Notes: generated from the sequence alone by a model not told the origin. Positions 34,900-46,428 are shown, counted from the stretch's first letter. The stretch: DNA of 63,747 nt from Octopus bimaculoides (GCF_001194135.2 NC_068989.1:37576186-37639932), one strand, 5' to 3'. Numbers and translations are program-made.

Positions 34900-36400
34900 A
34901 TGGAAAACCCCAAATACATGCCTGCCGCCAATAGTGTTTGGCTTTGGGATTTGTTGATGGAAATGGCGAAGCATGTTCTCACCGGGAGCTGCGATCTGCG
35001 GAGGTTAAACGGCATTTCTGACCCCGAGGGATAAAGCTGCATCCTTGAAATGAAAATATATTCACCCCTCCCGCACCCTATAACAATGGTGGCCTCAATC
35101 AAGTGGGGCGTCAGGGACTTGATTACTAAGCGGGTCCCGTTGCACTATTTTGACGGAAGGAAGTTTCTGATTAGCATAATTGGGCATCCAACCCTTAGCC
35201 TAAGAATGTGAGGTGGAAGCCCTGCTGGCTTCAATGAGTTGAGAAACTCGATAGGGTAATTGACAATGTTTTGGGGATCAGAGATCCGGTCAATCGATTT
35301 GTAGAATTCGACTTATGACCCGGAATTCGACTTATGAAATGGTCGTTGATAGCACTGACAGCTACGTTTATGGGGGGCCAGGATGGTTCTTTCACTGAGC
35401 CAATTGATGTCTGCATAGTTACTTTCCAGGTTGGGGAACTGTTTCCAAAAGATCGGAAGGGTTGTCCACGGTGTTGCACAGTTCAGAGATGGATATGGCG
35501 CCCCTATCATTCCTAGGGACCTTGCCTTCTCCAAGGGCTAAAATGTCTTCAGTAAATGCTGCTGACGTGCTATCACTAAGCAAGTGCACACGCATGTTTG
35601 TGCTTAAGCTTAAGGTCTTAACCTGGGGCCACAACGTAGATGACTTAAGGCATGCACGCATTTAATCAGCCCGGCTCCCTTTAGGGATGACAGGAAGGGT
35701 TTGCTGAAAATCTCCTGAAAGCAATACAGTTATACTACCCATAGAAGCTGTAGAATCCCTGATACATTTCAGTGACCGGTCCAGTGCCTCAAGGGCACCC
35801 TTATTAGTCATTGTGCATACGTCCCATACAATGAGACAGCACTGTCTAAGAACTTCAGCTTCCTCTGAATTTTTTCCAATGTTGCAAGTAGGAACCTCGG
35901 CCCTCACCAAGTCTAAAAGCAGCTTGAATGCTAAGTGCGCCGTCCTACCTCACGGCAATAACATAGCAGCGATTCCCGAGGAAGCAACGGCTAGAGCAAT
36001 TTGTTTCTCGCGACGAATCTTAGCAAGTATTAATTGTGTTACAAAAGATTTGCCGGTACCTCCAGGAGCATCGAGGAAAAAAATGCCGCCCGCCAGTTTT
36101 TCAACGGCACTGGCGACGGTTTCGTACACCAGCCTCTGAACAGGGAGCAATTTCGATTCATTTACTCTCAGGTACTCCGCAAGGCCATCAGCGTCATACG
36201 ACAACTCCAGAAGTAACTTTGGTGGGAGTGTGTTAACATCCTGTCGCAATGAGGATGGCAAAACGAATGTGTTCAACATCGCCCCACCTATTTTGAGCAG
36301 GGAATCCTCGATTTCTATCAGCGCATTATTGTAGGTCAGGTCATTGTATCCAATGTCATCATTAGGGCACTGTTTCTTTGCCAGTCATCATTTGCCTCAA
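34900..36400 (-). pseudogene. Helitron PIF1-family helicase region (Rep absent), disrupted
   Basis: FFLDAPGGTGKSF (Walker A), AVASSGIAAMLL.GGRTAH, LIVWD.CTM, GDFQQTLPVIP, LSTNMRV, CNGTRL, FAISINKSQ.QT. One in-frame stop at ~35664 plus frameshifts. Confidence 0.95.
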
Positions 36401-36997
36401 CCACCGAGAAAGCAAAATTACGTACAGAGAATTTCATAAACAGGAATGAATGGAAAAATGGTTGGTAAATTTTTAGATTTACACTCGCACGATTTTCACT
36501 AAGAAACAAATATCGGATTTTTTGCGTGGAATCAACTACCCTGGCCTCCTAATATGCTACAAAACCCTTTTTGCGGTCCGAAAAACGGGGTGGGGTGTGG
36601 TGGAGCCTCGGAAATTTTACCCGTTTATATTGTGTAATTCACTGACAAATTGTTACCTACGCCTTTGTTTGTTTGTTGTTAAATAAATGTATTCTCAACA
36701 AAACACTTTTTTCCTCGGCGTAAAATAAAAACAAAACTCTTTCGCGCCTAAAGTAATGTGTGTGTGAGAGAGAGGGGAAGAGAAAGATGAACGATTTAAA
36801 ATAAATAAATGATTCAAAATATATTTTAATTGTTGTGTGAGAAAGTATATATAATCTGATTACAAAATATAGTATCTTTCAAAAATATCCTAAATTTGAA
36901 GACTATATCACGTGTTTAAGAAAAAAAAATTTACATTTTTATTTTTGGTGAACACAGTCACTTACTCTCTCTGCCCCCACACATACATCAACGCACA

Positions 36998-37010
36998 ATC
37001 TCTCTCTCTT

Positions 37011-37044
<34 letters not shown>

Positions 37045-37050
37045 TCTCTT

Positions 37051-37121
<71 letters not shown>
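36998..37121. repeat. (CT)n microsatellite next to an assembly gap
   Basis: Direct reading; N-run at 37122-37613. Confidence 0.97.
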
Positions 37122-37884
37122 NNNNNNNNNNNNNNNNNNNNNNNNNNNNNNNNNNNNNNNNNNNNNNNNNNNNNNNNNNNNNNNNNNNNNNNNNNNNNNN
37201 NNNNNNNNNNNNNNNNNNNNNNNNNNNNNNNNNNNNNNNNNNNNNNNNNNNNNNNNNNNNNNNNNNNNNNNNNNNNNNNNNNNNNNNNNNNNNNNNNNNN
37301 NNNNNNNNNNNNNNNNNNNNNNNNNNNNNNNNNNNNNNNNNNNNNNNNNNNNNNNNNNNNNNNNNNNNNNNNNNNNNNNNNNNNNNNNNNNNNNNNNNNN
37401 NNNNNNNNNNNNNNNNNNNNNNNNNNNNNNNNNNNNNNNNNNNNNNNNNNNNNNNNNNNNNNNNNNNNNNNNNNNNNNNNNNNNNNNNNNNNNNNNNNNN
37501 NNNNNNNNNNNNNNNNNNNNNNNNNNNNNNNNNNNNNNNNNNNNNNNNNNNNNNNNNNNNNNNNNNNNNNNNNNNNNNNNNNNNNNNNNNNNNNNNNNNN
37601 NNNNNNNNNNNNNACCGGTTGAATACTGGGGCGATGTAATCGACTTAACCTCCGTTCCCAAAATTGCTACCCTTGTGGCAAAACTTGAAGCCATTATCAT
37701 TATTATTATTATTATCATCATCATCATCATCATCATCATCATCGTCATTATTATTATCATTATTATTGTTGTTGTTTTACTTCTCATGGCGCTCGGTCTC
37801 GTTTGCTCTGCTTGACTTTGAGAGAGCGGACAGCAGCCTGTTGTCAGAGGTCTCACACTTTACGCACATCATAAGGTTTGATGT

Positions 37885-38270
37885 GGAAGCGCAATGGACC
37901 AGTGGTTAGAGCAGCGGACTCGCGGTCATAGGATCGCAGTTTCGATTCCCAGACCGGGCGTTGTGAGTGTTTATTGAGCGAAAACACCTAAAGCTCCACG
38001 AGGCTTCGGCAGGGGATGGTGGTGAACCCTGCTGTACTCTTTCAGCACAACTGTCTCTCACTCGTACTTCCTGTTTCTGTTGTGCCTGTAATTCAAAGGG
38101 TCAGCCTTGTTACACTCTGTCAAGCTGAATATCCCCGAGAACTACGTTAAGGGTACACGTGTGTGTGGAGTGCTGAGCCACTTGCACGTTAATTTCACGA
38201 GCAGGCTGTTCCGTTAATCGATCAACTGGAACCCTCAACGTCGTAAGCGACGGAGTGCCAACAACAACAA
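37885..38270 (+). mobile_element. Full-length tRNA(Arg)-like-headed SINE (family C) with (CAA)n tail
   Basis: Head 'tggaccagtggttagagcagcggactcgcggtcataggatcgcagtttcgattccc' (A/B boxes, TCG anticodon-like loop), ~300-bp body, caacaacaacaa tail. A related decayed copy lies at ~48170-48380 (-). Confidence 0.85.
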
Positions 38271-38289
38271 GCTTTGATATTTAGTTGTT

Positions 38290-40275
38290 AATTATCGCGG
38301 AAGACATTCAACATCCAAGTACCAATCTCAAAATTCTAACTATCCCCAACAGAGCAGTTTTGAGGGTTTGCTCTGCTCCCACGTCAATTCCAATGGCTCT
38401 GGCATATATCTCGAATTTGGTTGTTAGTGCACCGAGTGCCCCTGGGATGACAGACACTCTCCTCATAGTCCACATTCTTGCAATTTCGTCTTTTACTAGT
38501 CTGTACTTTTCATTCTTTTTTAGTTCTCTGTCACTTATGCGTGCATTGCCAGGTATTGCAATATCTATAATCTTTACCTACCACAACAATATCTGGTCTC
38601 TGATCATCGATTAGGGAGTCACATTGTATTGTAAAATCCCACAATATCTTATATTCCTTGTTCTCGGTGACTCCTTCTGGTTCATGTTCATATCATTTCC
38701 GTGCTCTGTTTAAGTCGTACTTTCTCCATGGACAAACTCAACCACGTAGCCGTGCTCTTTTTGTAGTGATTTTGGGTCAGCTTGCTACACTCACAGTATG
38801 TGAAATTGTTTCGTTTTTGCTGCCACACATCCTACAAAGAGGCGATTCGCTGCTCTTATCTATTTGGAACTTGGTGTGATTAGTTCTCACAACTTGTTTA
38901 TGGGCGATGCTTATCAATGCCTCCGTGCATCGTTTCAGATCACTTTTTCTTAATCATCTCCAAGTGTTGGTCTTGTGTTTTCCTTCGATTTCTCTGAGGT
39001 ATTGGGATTTCCGTCACGATGTTGATCATTTTATCCATTTGCGTAACTATTCTTTTGTGTAGTAATGGGGAAAATTTCACCCAATACTCTTCCGGACCTG
39101 GGTATTTCCAGTTTGGAATCTTTGTTGTCTGCTCGGTCATCATTTTAGTTGTTATTCTCATATTTCTCTGTTTCACTTCATCTTTCTCCGATCTTAATAA
39201 TCATCAACAATTCAGCATCTTCATTATACTTTCTTCCATTATCCCTCAGGTTACTCCAAAATCTTTTGCTTTCTTCAGCGTCTGGTCTCTTACTGCTGTT
39301 AACCTTTACATTCAGCTGCTGATAAACCCTTTTCTGATGTTGGTGGAACAATCTGTTGATTTTATATTGTTCAATTCCTTGGTCATATCTCTTCGTCTTT
39401 GTCGCTTTAGCCTACAATCTTTGCTTCAGCTCTTCAAGGAATACATTTAGCTCCTTTATCCTGTATCTACAATCTTGTTTCTGATATCTCTCCTTCTTTC
39501 TGATTTCACTTTTCTCTTTTTTCCAAAGTATCGATATGTTTTCATAGTTCGTTCATTGATTGCTTTATTCTTTTTTTTCCACCATGGCTCTTTTTCTTCA
39601 TTTCCTCTTTTACGAGTTGGTTCGAGGCCCACTTTCTTTCCGTATAGACGATACAAGTTTTAACCAGTCGATTCGTTACGGTTTTATTATCTGTCTTGTT
39701 TTCTTACAGTATTTTATTCACCTTCTGGGTTCACCCTTTGAGAAAATTTATATTTTTCTGAATCCATTTATTTCCATACCCAAGTTTCCTCAATGATATT
39801 AGTGATGTCTTCGATCATGTCCTCATCCTTCAATCCTTTTATACTCCTAAGGCTTAAGTCGTCATAATTCTCCCGGGCACCCTCATTAAATATGATCGCG
39901 ACAACTTTCTCTGCAGCCACATCTGCACTCCCTGTGTTTTTTATCATTACCCGCTCCTTAGCTCTACTATTGTAAGCCATCTTTTCCTCCTTATTCCCCT
40001 TACCTGGTCACAGAGTCTCTGTTCTGTAATATCTAAGCCCCGTTTTTCCATCCACATCTCATGCATCATTCTTCTATATCCTCCTGTTGGGTTTTCTCTT
40101 CATCCTCAATGGATCTACTCAAAAAATAACATTCCATGACAGCTGTATTCATCGTCTTAATCTATTTTGTTCTGACAGCCGTATAATGACGACCATGCAT
40201 GTGCTGCTCACCCACAGGGCACCTACCGTGCAAAAGTCCGTTACCTGTAGTTCCGTCCTCATTTACGCCATTGTT
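38290..40275 (-). mobile_element. R4/Dong element with intact ends but RT core deleted
   Basis: Myb-like 'MNTAVMECYFLSR...GYRRMMHEMW.E..GLDITEQRLCDQ'; 'KIPNWKYPGPE'; then a jump at ~39005 to 'SDLKRCTEALI.IA..QV.RTN..K..IDK..ESPLCRMCG', 'KILWDFTIQCD.LI..QRPDIVV'. Confidence 0.88.
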
Positions 40276-40277
40276 TG

Positions 40278-40316
<39 letters not shown>

Positions 40317-40363
40317 TATCATAGTCGTCGTCGTCGTCGTCGCTGTTGCTGTTGTTGTTGTTA

Positions 40364-40408
<45 letters not shown>
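40278..40408. repeat. Compound (CAT)(CGT)(TGT)(TAT) microsatellite
   Basis: Direct reading of the sequence. Confidence 0.95.
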
Positions 40409-40485
40409 TTTTAAAAGAAGGATTGACGTAACTCTTCACGAAGGTAAATAGTCAAGACGAAGAGTGCGATTTTAGATGTTTTATT

Positions 40486-40530
40486 TTTTGAACAACATTT
40501 CGACAGAACGTCTGTCTTTCTCAAGTTCAA
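40486..40530 (-). ncRNA. Putative minimal type I hammerhead ribozyme (copy in inverted pLTR)
   Basis: Reverse complement is identical to the 42057-42101 motif. Confidence 0.6.
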
Positions 40531-42056
40531 ACCAAAAGGTGATTAAAATTCAAAATTTCAGAAACCAAACGTAAACTATGAACGTGAGTAACCAGCGTCC
40601 ATACGTTGATAGAATAACATCATCAGCTTTTGTCAGTTGTTTAATAAGCAGAAAGAAAGAAAAAGGAAGACGACAGAAAAGGAAAAGAAAAAGAGAGAAA
40701 GAAGAATATTCAATCAACCAGTTTTGTATAAATTTGATGATATTCTCCTGTCATCTTATTCATTCCTCCAGGGCGTGATGTCAATAACCCGCAAACATAT
40801 TTCTCCTCATACATTCTGAGAAGTGAAAGTGGGGTACATTCAGGATATTTTTTGAGAATGTGCACTTTCAAATCTTCTTCAATATAAAATTTACGTCTAG
40901 TTTTTCAAAAACTAGCGTTGAATTTTTGGACACGAAAGTCAAGTTTTCTGGAGGCAGAATAATGACAGAGTTATTTTGCAAGCCAACGTCATCCCACATA
41001 TATCTCCACCACCGCTCCGATTANNNNNNNNNNNNNNNNNNNNNNNNNNNNNNNNNNNNNNNNNNNNNNNNNNNNNNNNNNNNNNNNNNNNNNNNNNNNN
41101 NNNNNNNNNNNNNNNNNNNNNNNNNNNNNNNNNNNNNNNNNNNNNNNNNNNNNNNNNNNNNNNNNNNNNNNNNNNNNNNNNNNNNNNNNNNNNNNNNNNN
41201 NNNNNNNNNNNNNNNNNNNNNNNNNNNNNNNNNNNNNNNNNNNNNNNNNNNNNNNNNNNNNNNNNNNNNNNNNNNNNNNNNNNNNNNNNNNNNNNNNNNN
41301 NNNNNNNNNNNNNNNNNNNNNNNNNNNNNNNNNNNNNNNNNNNNNNNNNNNNNNNNNNNNNNNNNNNNNNNNNNNNNNNNNNNNNNNNNNNNNNNNNNNN
41401 NNNNNNNNNNNNNNNNNNNNNNNNNNNNNNNNNNNNNNNNNNNNNNNNNNNNNNNNNNNNNNNNNNNNNNNNNNNNNNNNNNNNNNNNNNNNNNNNNNNN
41501 NNNNNNNNNNNNNNNNNNNNNNNNNNNNNNNNNNNNNNNNNNNNNNNNNNNNNNNNNNNNNNNNNNNNNNNNNNNNNNNNNNNNNNNNNNNNNNNNNNNN
41601 NNNNNNNNNNNNNNNNNNNNNNNNNNNNNNNNNNNNNNNNNNNNNNNNNNNNNNNNNNNNNNNNNNNNNNNNNNNNNNNNNNNNNNNNNNNNNNNNNNNN
41701 NNNNNNNNNNNNNNNNNNNNNNNNNNNNNNNNNNNNNNNNNNNNNNNNNNNNNNNNNNNNNNNNNNNNNNNNNNNNNNNNNNNNNNNNNNNNNNNNNNNN
41801 NNNNNNNNNNNNNNNNNNNNNNNNNNNNNNNNNNNNNNNNNNNNNNNNNNNNNNNNNNNNNNNNNNNNNNNNNNNNNNNNNNNNNNNNNNNNNNNNNNNN
41901 NNNNNNNNNNNNNNNNNNNNNNNNNNNNNNNNNNNCTGCTTATTAAAAAACTGACAAAAGCTGATGATGTCATTCTATCAACGTATGGACGCTGGTTACT
42001 CACGTTCATAGTTTACGTTTGGTTTCTGAAATTTTGAATTTTCAATCACCTTTTGG

Positions 42057-42101
42057 TTTGAACTTGAGAAAGACAGACGTTCTGTCGAAATGTTGTTCAA
42101 A
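42057..42101 (+). ncRNA. Putative minimal type I hammerhead ribozyme (U3-A8 variant)
   Basis: Stem I TTTGAAC/GTTCAAA; core TTGAGAA(A); stem II GACAGA-cgt-TCTGTC; GAA; quasi-palindromic stem III ATGT; cleavage triplet GUU. Confidence 0.62.
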
Positions 42102-42137
42102 AAATAAAACATCTAAAATCGCACTCTTCGTCTTGAC

Positions 42138-42206
<69 letters not shown>

Positions 42207-42250
42207 CATTATTATTATCATTATTATTATCATCATCGATTTTATTATCA
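42138..42250. repeat. (TTA)n microsatellite
   Basis: Direct reading of the sequence. Confidence 0.97.
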
Positions 42251-42359
42251 TTAAGACGGCGAGCTGGCAAAATCGTTAGCCCGCCGGGCGAATTGCTCAG
42301 CGGCGTTTCGTCCGTCAATTTCAGGTCTTGTGTCTAAAGTAGAAAGGATTATTATTAGT

Positions 42360-42680
42360 ATTTGATGAAACCTCTCAGCTTATTCTGCTGGGTATGATGG
42401 AAAGTGTCAGCTGTCCACAGCCAGCAGACTAAGGTGACACTTATTTACTGGTCATGCTTCAAGAACCCTGCAAAGAATTCCTGCAGTTCTAAGCAATGCT
42501 GATTTTTGTACATGTTCTATTTTTACATTTGTACTAATCTTTTAAAGCCATGCTAGTAGTTGAGTGCTGTTACTTTCAAGTGCGCCAACTACTATTGGTA
42601 TCTCGTCTACTCTCCTCATTGACCACGACCTTCGTATTTCCCAATTCAAATCGTCGTAGTTATTCAGGTTTTCTTCTTCA

Positions 42681-42683
<3 letters not shown>
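42360..42683 (-). mobile_element. R4/Dong 3' terminal fragment embedded in TAA repeats
   Basis: 'YDDLNWEIRRSWSMRRVDEIPIVVGALES' plus 3' UTR; TAA tracts on both sides. Confidence 0.8.
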
Positions 42684-42748
<65 letters not shown>

Positions 42749-42794
42749 CATCATCATCATCATCATCATCATCATTATCATTATTATTAGTATT

Positions 42795-43350
42795 CAGCTA
42801 GAAAGCAGTGCATGCCATCAAAGTAACACTAGGGTACAAGTATACGAAGCCCAGTATACCCATCATTAACTACTCGTCTGATAATGGTATACCAGGCACG
42901 TGCATCACAACCATATGTGCGTGACATGGTGATCTCATATCAATGTAAATAGCGCATGACCTTGCAGGTGGGGTCCAGTTAGAATTTTCTTCAGGTCGAG
43001 TAGCCCATCCCACTCAAAAAGCCCCTGAATTAGGGTTGCTTAAGAAGGTTGAACGAAACACCAATGTTTCCAGAGGTAAATTATTCAAACACCAAAGAAT
43101 TACTCTCAGCACGTTGCTATGATGCTTCCCCACTACTTCTGCTCGTGATCAGAGATTCACATATCATCAGCCACCAAGGGTCAAACTCAACTGGTTAAGG
43201 TCAAACAACTGACAAGCAAATCTTTGGTTTTGAGTACAATATTTGCTGTAATCCATCTTTTATGCCAAGACAAAACAATGTACATGATAACACTTCCAAT
43301 CAGTTAAGATCAGAAGCCATGAGAGCCACTGCCTGGTACTACATCAGAGC

Positions 43351-43352
<2 letters not shown>
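42795..43352. mobile_element. Unclassified ~555-bp interspersed element (copy 1)
   Basis: Aligns end to end with 50890-51446; flanked by TAA/TTA repeats; no ORF or Pol III box recognised. Confidence 0.85.
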
Positions 43353-43414
<62 letters not shown>

Positions 43415-44349
43415 GTTTATAGGGAGATCGATTCTCAAAATCGGTAGAGTGGTAGAGACAAAGTCTAACAGTATTCAGTTGTGTTTGATTATATTACTTC
43501 CTCAGCTGATATTCCATCGAGGTGAAATTTACTTTTCAGTCTTACGAGAGTGGGTTGGGGGTGGGTATTCAAATCCTGGGGAATTTATAATCGACACTCT
43601 TAATCTCTTAAATCTGAGGTCTCGTACTTTTGTTAGAAATTATTACTATTACCCAAGGCTAAATCAAAACGACTGCCAATCATTTTCGCTCGATTGCGTA
43701 GACTCGGTAATTGAAATTTTATGCATTTAACCGTGATGTAAATATATTTAAGGTCCTGTGATTTTCTTATGCCATTTATTGATGATACGACAATTTACAG
43801 TTAGTTTCGTGTACCCACATGATTTATGTTCACCCAAGTCCAAGCTAGTTTTATTGCTTCATACCAGCATGATAATCCTTCGATTTATCGCCGATGTCTT
43901 TTTCACTTTTCCTTTTGATATTATTAATATTACCCAATGTTTAGACCAGATGTCGGCAAAGTGGTCAATATTGATCACCGGTGGGTCTATGTGGCTATCC
44001 AAGTGGTCGATAAACACCTGAAACGATTTCGAGCCATAAGGGTGCTGAATTATTAGCGAACTGAATCTGAAAGAGTTTGGTAATTTAAGGCTAAGACTCA
44101 CTAATTTCCAGCCAAATATCGATGCAATAACTAATATTCACAAAACACATATTTCACATTCAATATCCCGACTTTATTAATAAAATAAGACGGAATTTTT
44201 AGTGTTCTTTATTAATTTTGTTAATTATTTTCATTAACGAACGAAGAAATTATTGTTTTTAAACCAGGAAATTTTTTATCAGTTATTCTCTTTAATTTCA
44301 TTTTAGAAATTTACTTGATGTGGGTCGATAAGTTATCGACGATTCTGTG

Positions 44350-44395
44350 AAGGGGTCAATGATACAAGTAAAACTTCTTGTATCATTGACCCCTT
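44350..44395. repeat. Perfect 19-bp inverted repeat with 8-nt loop
   Basis: AAGGGGTCAATGATACAAG-taaaactt-CTTGTATCATTGACCCCTT. Confidence 0.97.
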
Positions 44396-44514
44396 GGGTG
44401 AGACAGATTAGTACGTCTTCATAATAATCTTCACACACTTTGACTTATTAAACAAAAACTAGTGTGAAGCAGAATTTGAACAATTTTAGTCTAAATCGAT
44501 CTTTTACCATTTGG

Positions 44515-44834
44515 CGTTTACTTGTTTCAGTCATTAGACTGCGGCCATTCTGGGGCAACTACTTGAAGAATTGTAGTTGAACTAATCGGCCCCAGTGATT
44601 ATTTTTTTTAAAGACTTGTACTTATCCTATCGGTTCCTAGGCCGAACTGCTAAGTTACGGGGATGTAAACATTCTAACACAAGTTGTCTAGCGGTGGTGG
44701 GGGACAAACACAAACACACACACACACACACACACAGAGACACACACAGACACACACACACAGACACACACAGACACACACAGACACACACACACACACC
44801 GACACACACAGACACACACACAGACACAGACACA

Positions 44835-44909
<75 letters not shown>

Positions 44910-45045
44910 CGATCTTCTTTCAGTTTCCATCTACCAGATATCCACTCACAAGGCTTTGGTCGGCTCGAGCCTATAATAGGATACACTTGCCCAACTGAAC
45001 CCAGAACGATGGGATTGGGAAGCGAGCTTCTCACCACAAAGCCAT
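44515..45045 (-). mobile_element. Full composite SINE family B with ~200-bp internal (CA)/(CAGA) microsatellite
   Basis: Head 44907-45045, microsatellite 44706-44906, tail 44515-44705. Confidence 0.85.
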
Positions 45046-45564
45046 GAAGAAAACAACAAAAAGTGTCTAATCACCGCCTGATTAAAAAAAAATGTATTTT
45101 TTACAAATTTTTCCTATAATGAAAATATATTCATTCATGTATTATATTACAGAATTAGAACTAAATGTAAATTGGAATTGTAACTTCATTAGTTTTTAAT
45201 TCACTCAAATCAGAAGAATAACTAGAATAAACCTGACTTTTGACATTGTTTGTTTATACATATCAAATACTAGCTACTGTTTATTACACATCAAATACTG
45301 GCTAATGTAATTTTAGTCTGTCATGAAAGTGGAAGCTTCTACAATCACTTGATTCATATTAAATCAAAAGATGCTTTCTTTTTTCTTATTTTTAGCTGTT
45401 CCAGTCATTGGAATCCGGGTGTGTTGGGACACCGCCTTGGAAGGTTTGGTTTAACAAATAATCGAACCAGTCTAGTACTTATTCTATTGGCTTAAGCGCA
45501 AGTTTACTGGGGCGTAAAGAAACCGGCACTGATTGTCAAGTGGTGGGAAGGACAAAACAATGAC

Positions 45565-45636
<72 letters not shown>

Positions 45637-45898
45637 NNNNNNNNNNNNNNNNNNNNNNNNNNNNNNNNNNNNNNNNNNNNNNNNNNNNNNNNNNNNNNNN
45701 NNNNNNNNNNNNNNNNNNNNNNNNNNNNNNNNNNNNNNNNNNNNNNNNNNNNNNNNNNNNNNNNNNNNNNNNNNNNNNNNNNNNNNNNNNNNNNNNNNNN
45801 NNNNNNNNNNNNNNNNNNNNNNNNNNNNNNNNNNNNNNNNNNNNNNNNNNNCATATACATATAGTAGAATAAGCAACAGAATGTCCTTGGTATAGTAA

Positions 45899-46150
45899 AA
45901 TATATTTGAAAAAATGAATAGAAATGGCTTTTTTCCACTTTAATAATTAGATGTTTATGAATTATTAGCTGTTTATAAATAATGACTCTGTCGTGAGTTT
46001 CTCGCTTAAAAGCGGTTTTCAAACAGTCTGAAAACCGCTTTTAAGCGAGAAACTCACAACTGAGTCATCTAATAATTTATAAACATCTAATTATTAAAGT
46101 GGAAAAATTATCAGAAAAGCCATTTCTATTCATTTTTTCAAATATATATA
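45899..46150. repeat. Fold-back (MITE-like) inverted repeat with 29-bp perfect central stem
   Basis: 45993-46021 pairs perfectly with 46029-46057. Imperfect pairing extends outward to 'aatatatttgaaaaaatgaatagaaatggc' / 'gccatttctattcattttttcaaatatat'. Confidence 0.92.
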
Positions 46151-46345
46151 CACAGAATTGTTTTATTTTCCTTTCAATGTTTTCTATTTTTTTACCACTA
46201 AACTGCCCAAGACTATTTTTACTTCCATTTGTAAAGAGACTATGTGATTCGGCCAACAGGTCTAACAAGTCATCTACATTGCCGTAAAAACCTTCGGTAA
46301 CTTTCTGACTATCCATAACCTAGGATATACTACTCGACTACATAA

Positions 46346-46347
<2 letters not shown>

Positions 46348-46428
<81 letters not shown>
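46348..46428. repeat. (TATC)n microsatellite
   Basis: Direct reading of the sequence. Confidence 0.97.

Larger units (their letters stand above)
40447..42141 (+). mobile_element. Penelope-like element: inverted 5' pseudo-LTR + RT fragment + gap + 3' pseudo-LTR
   Basis: RT peptide 'YIQDIF...FNIKFTSSFSKTSVEFLDTKV...TELFCKPTSSHIYLHHRS' (40830-41023). 40447-40650 is a near-perfect reverse complement of 41937-42141. Confidence 0.88.

Noticed and set aside
34900-36400. Cellular PIF1 gene
   Set aside because: Intronless, disrupted, and with Helitron-type motif context and upstream linker.
36912-37856. Long ORFs spanning N-runs (also 40860-42037, 45484-46022, 49789-50638, 52268-52761)
   Set aside because: Their length comes from Ns, which contain no stop codons.
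37885-37960. tRNA-Arg(TCG) gene
   Set aside because: No proper acceptor stem or poly-T terminator; it continues into a SINE body and (CAA)n tail.
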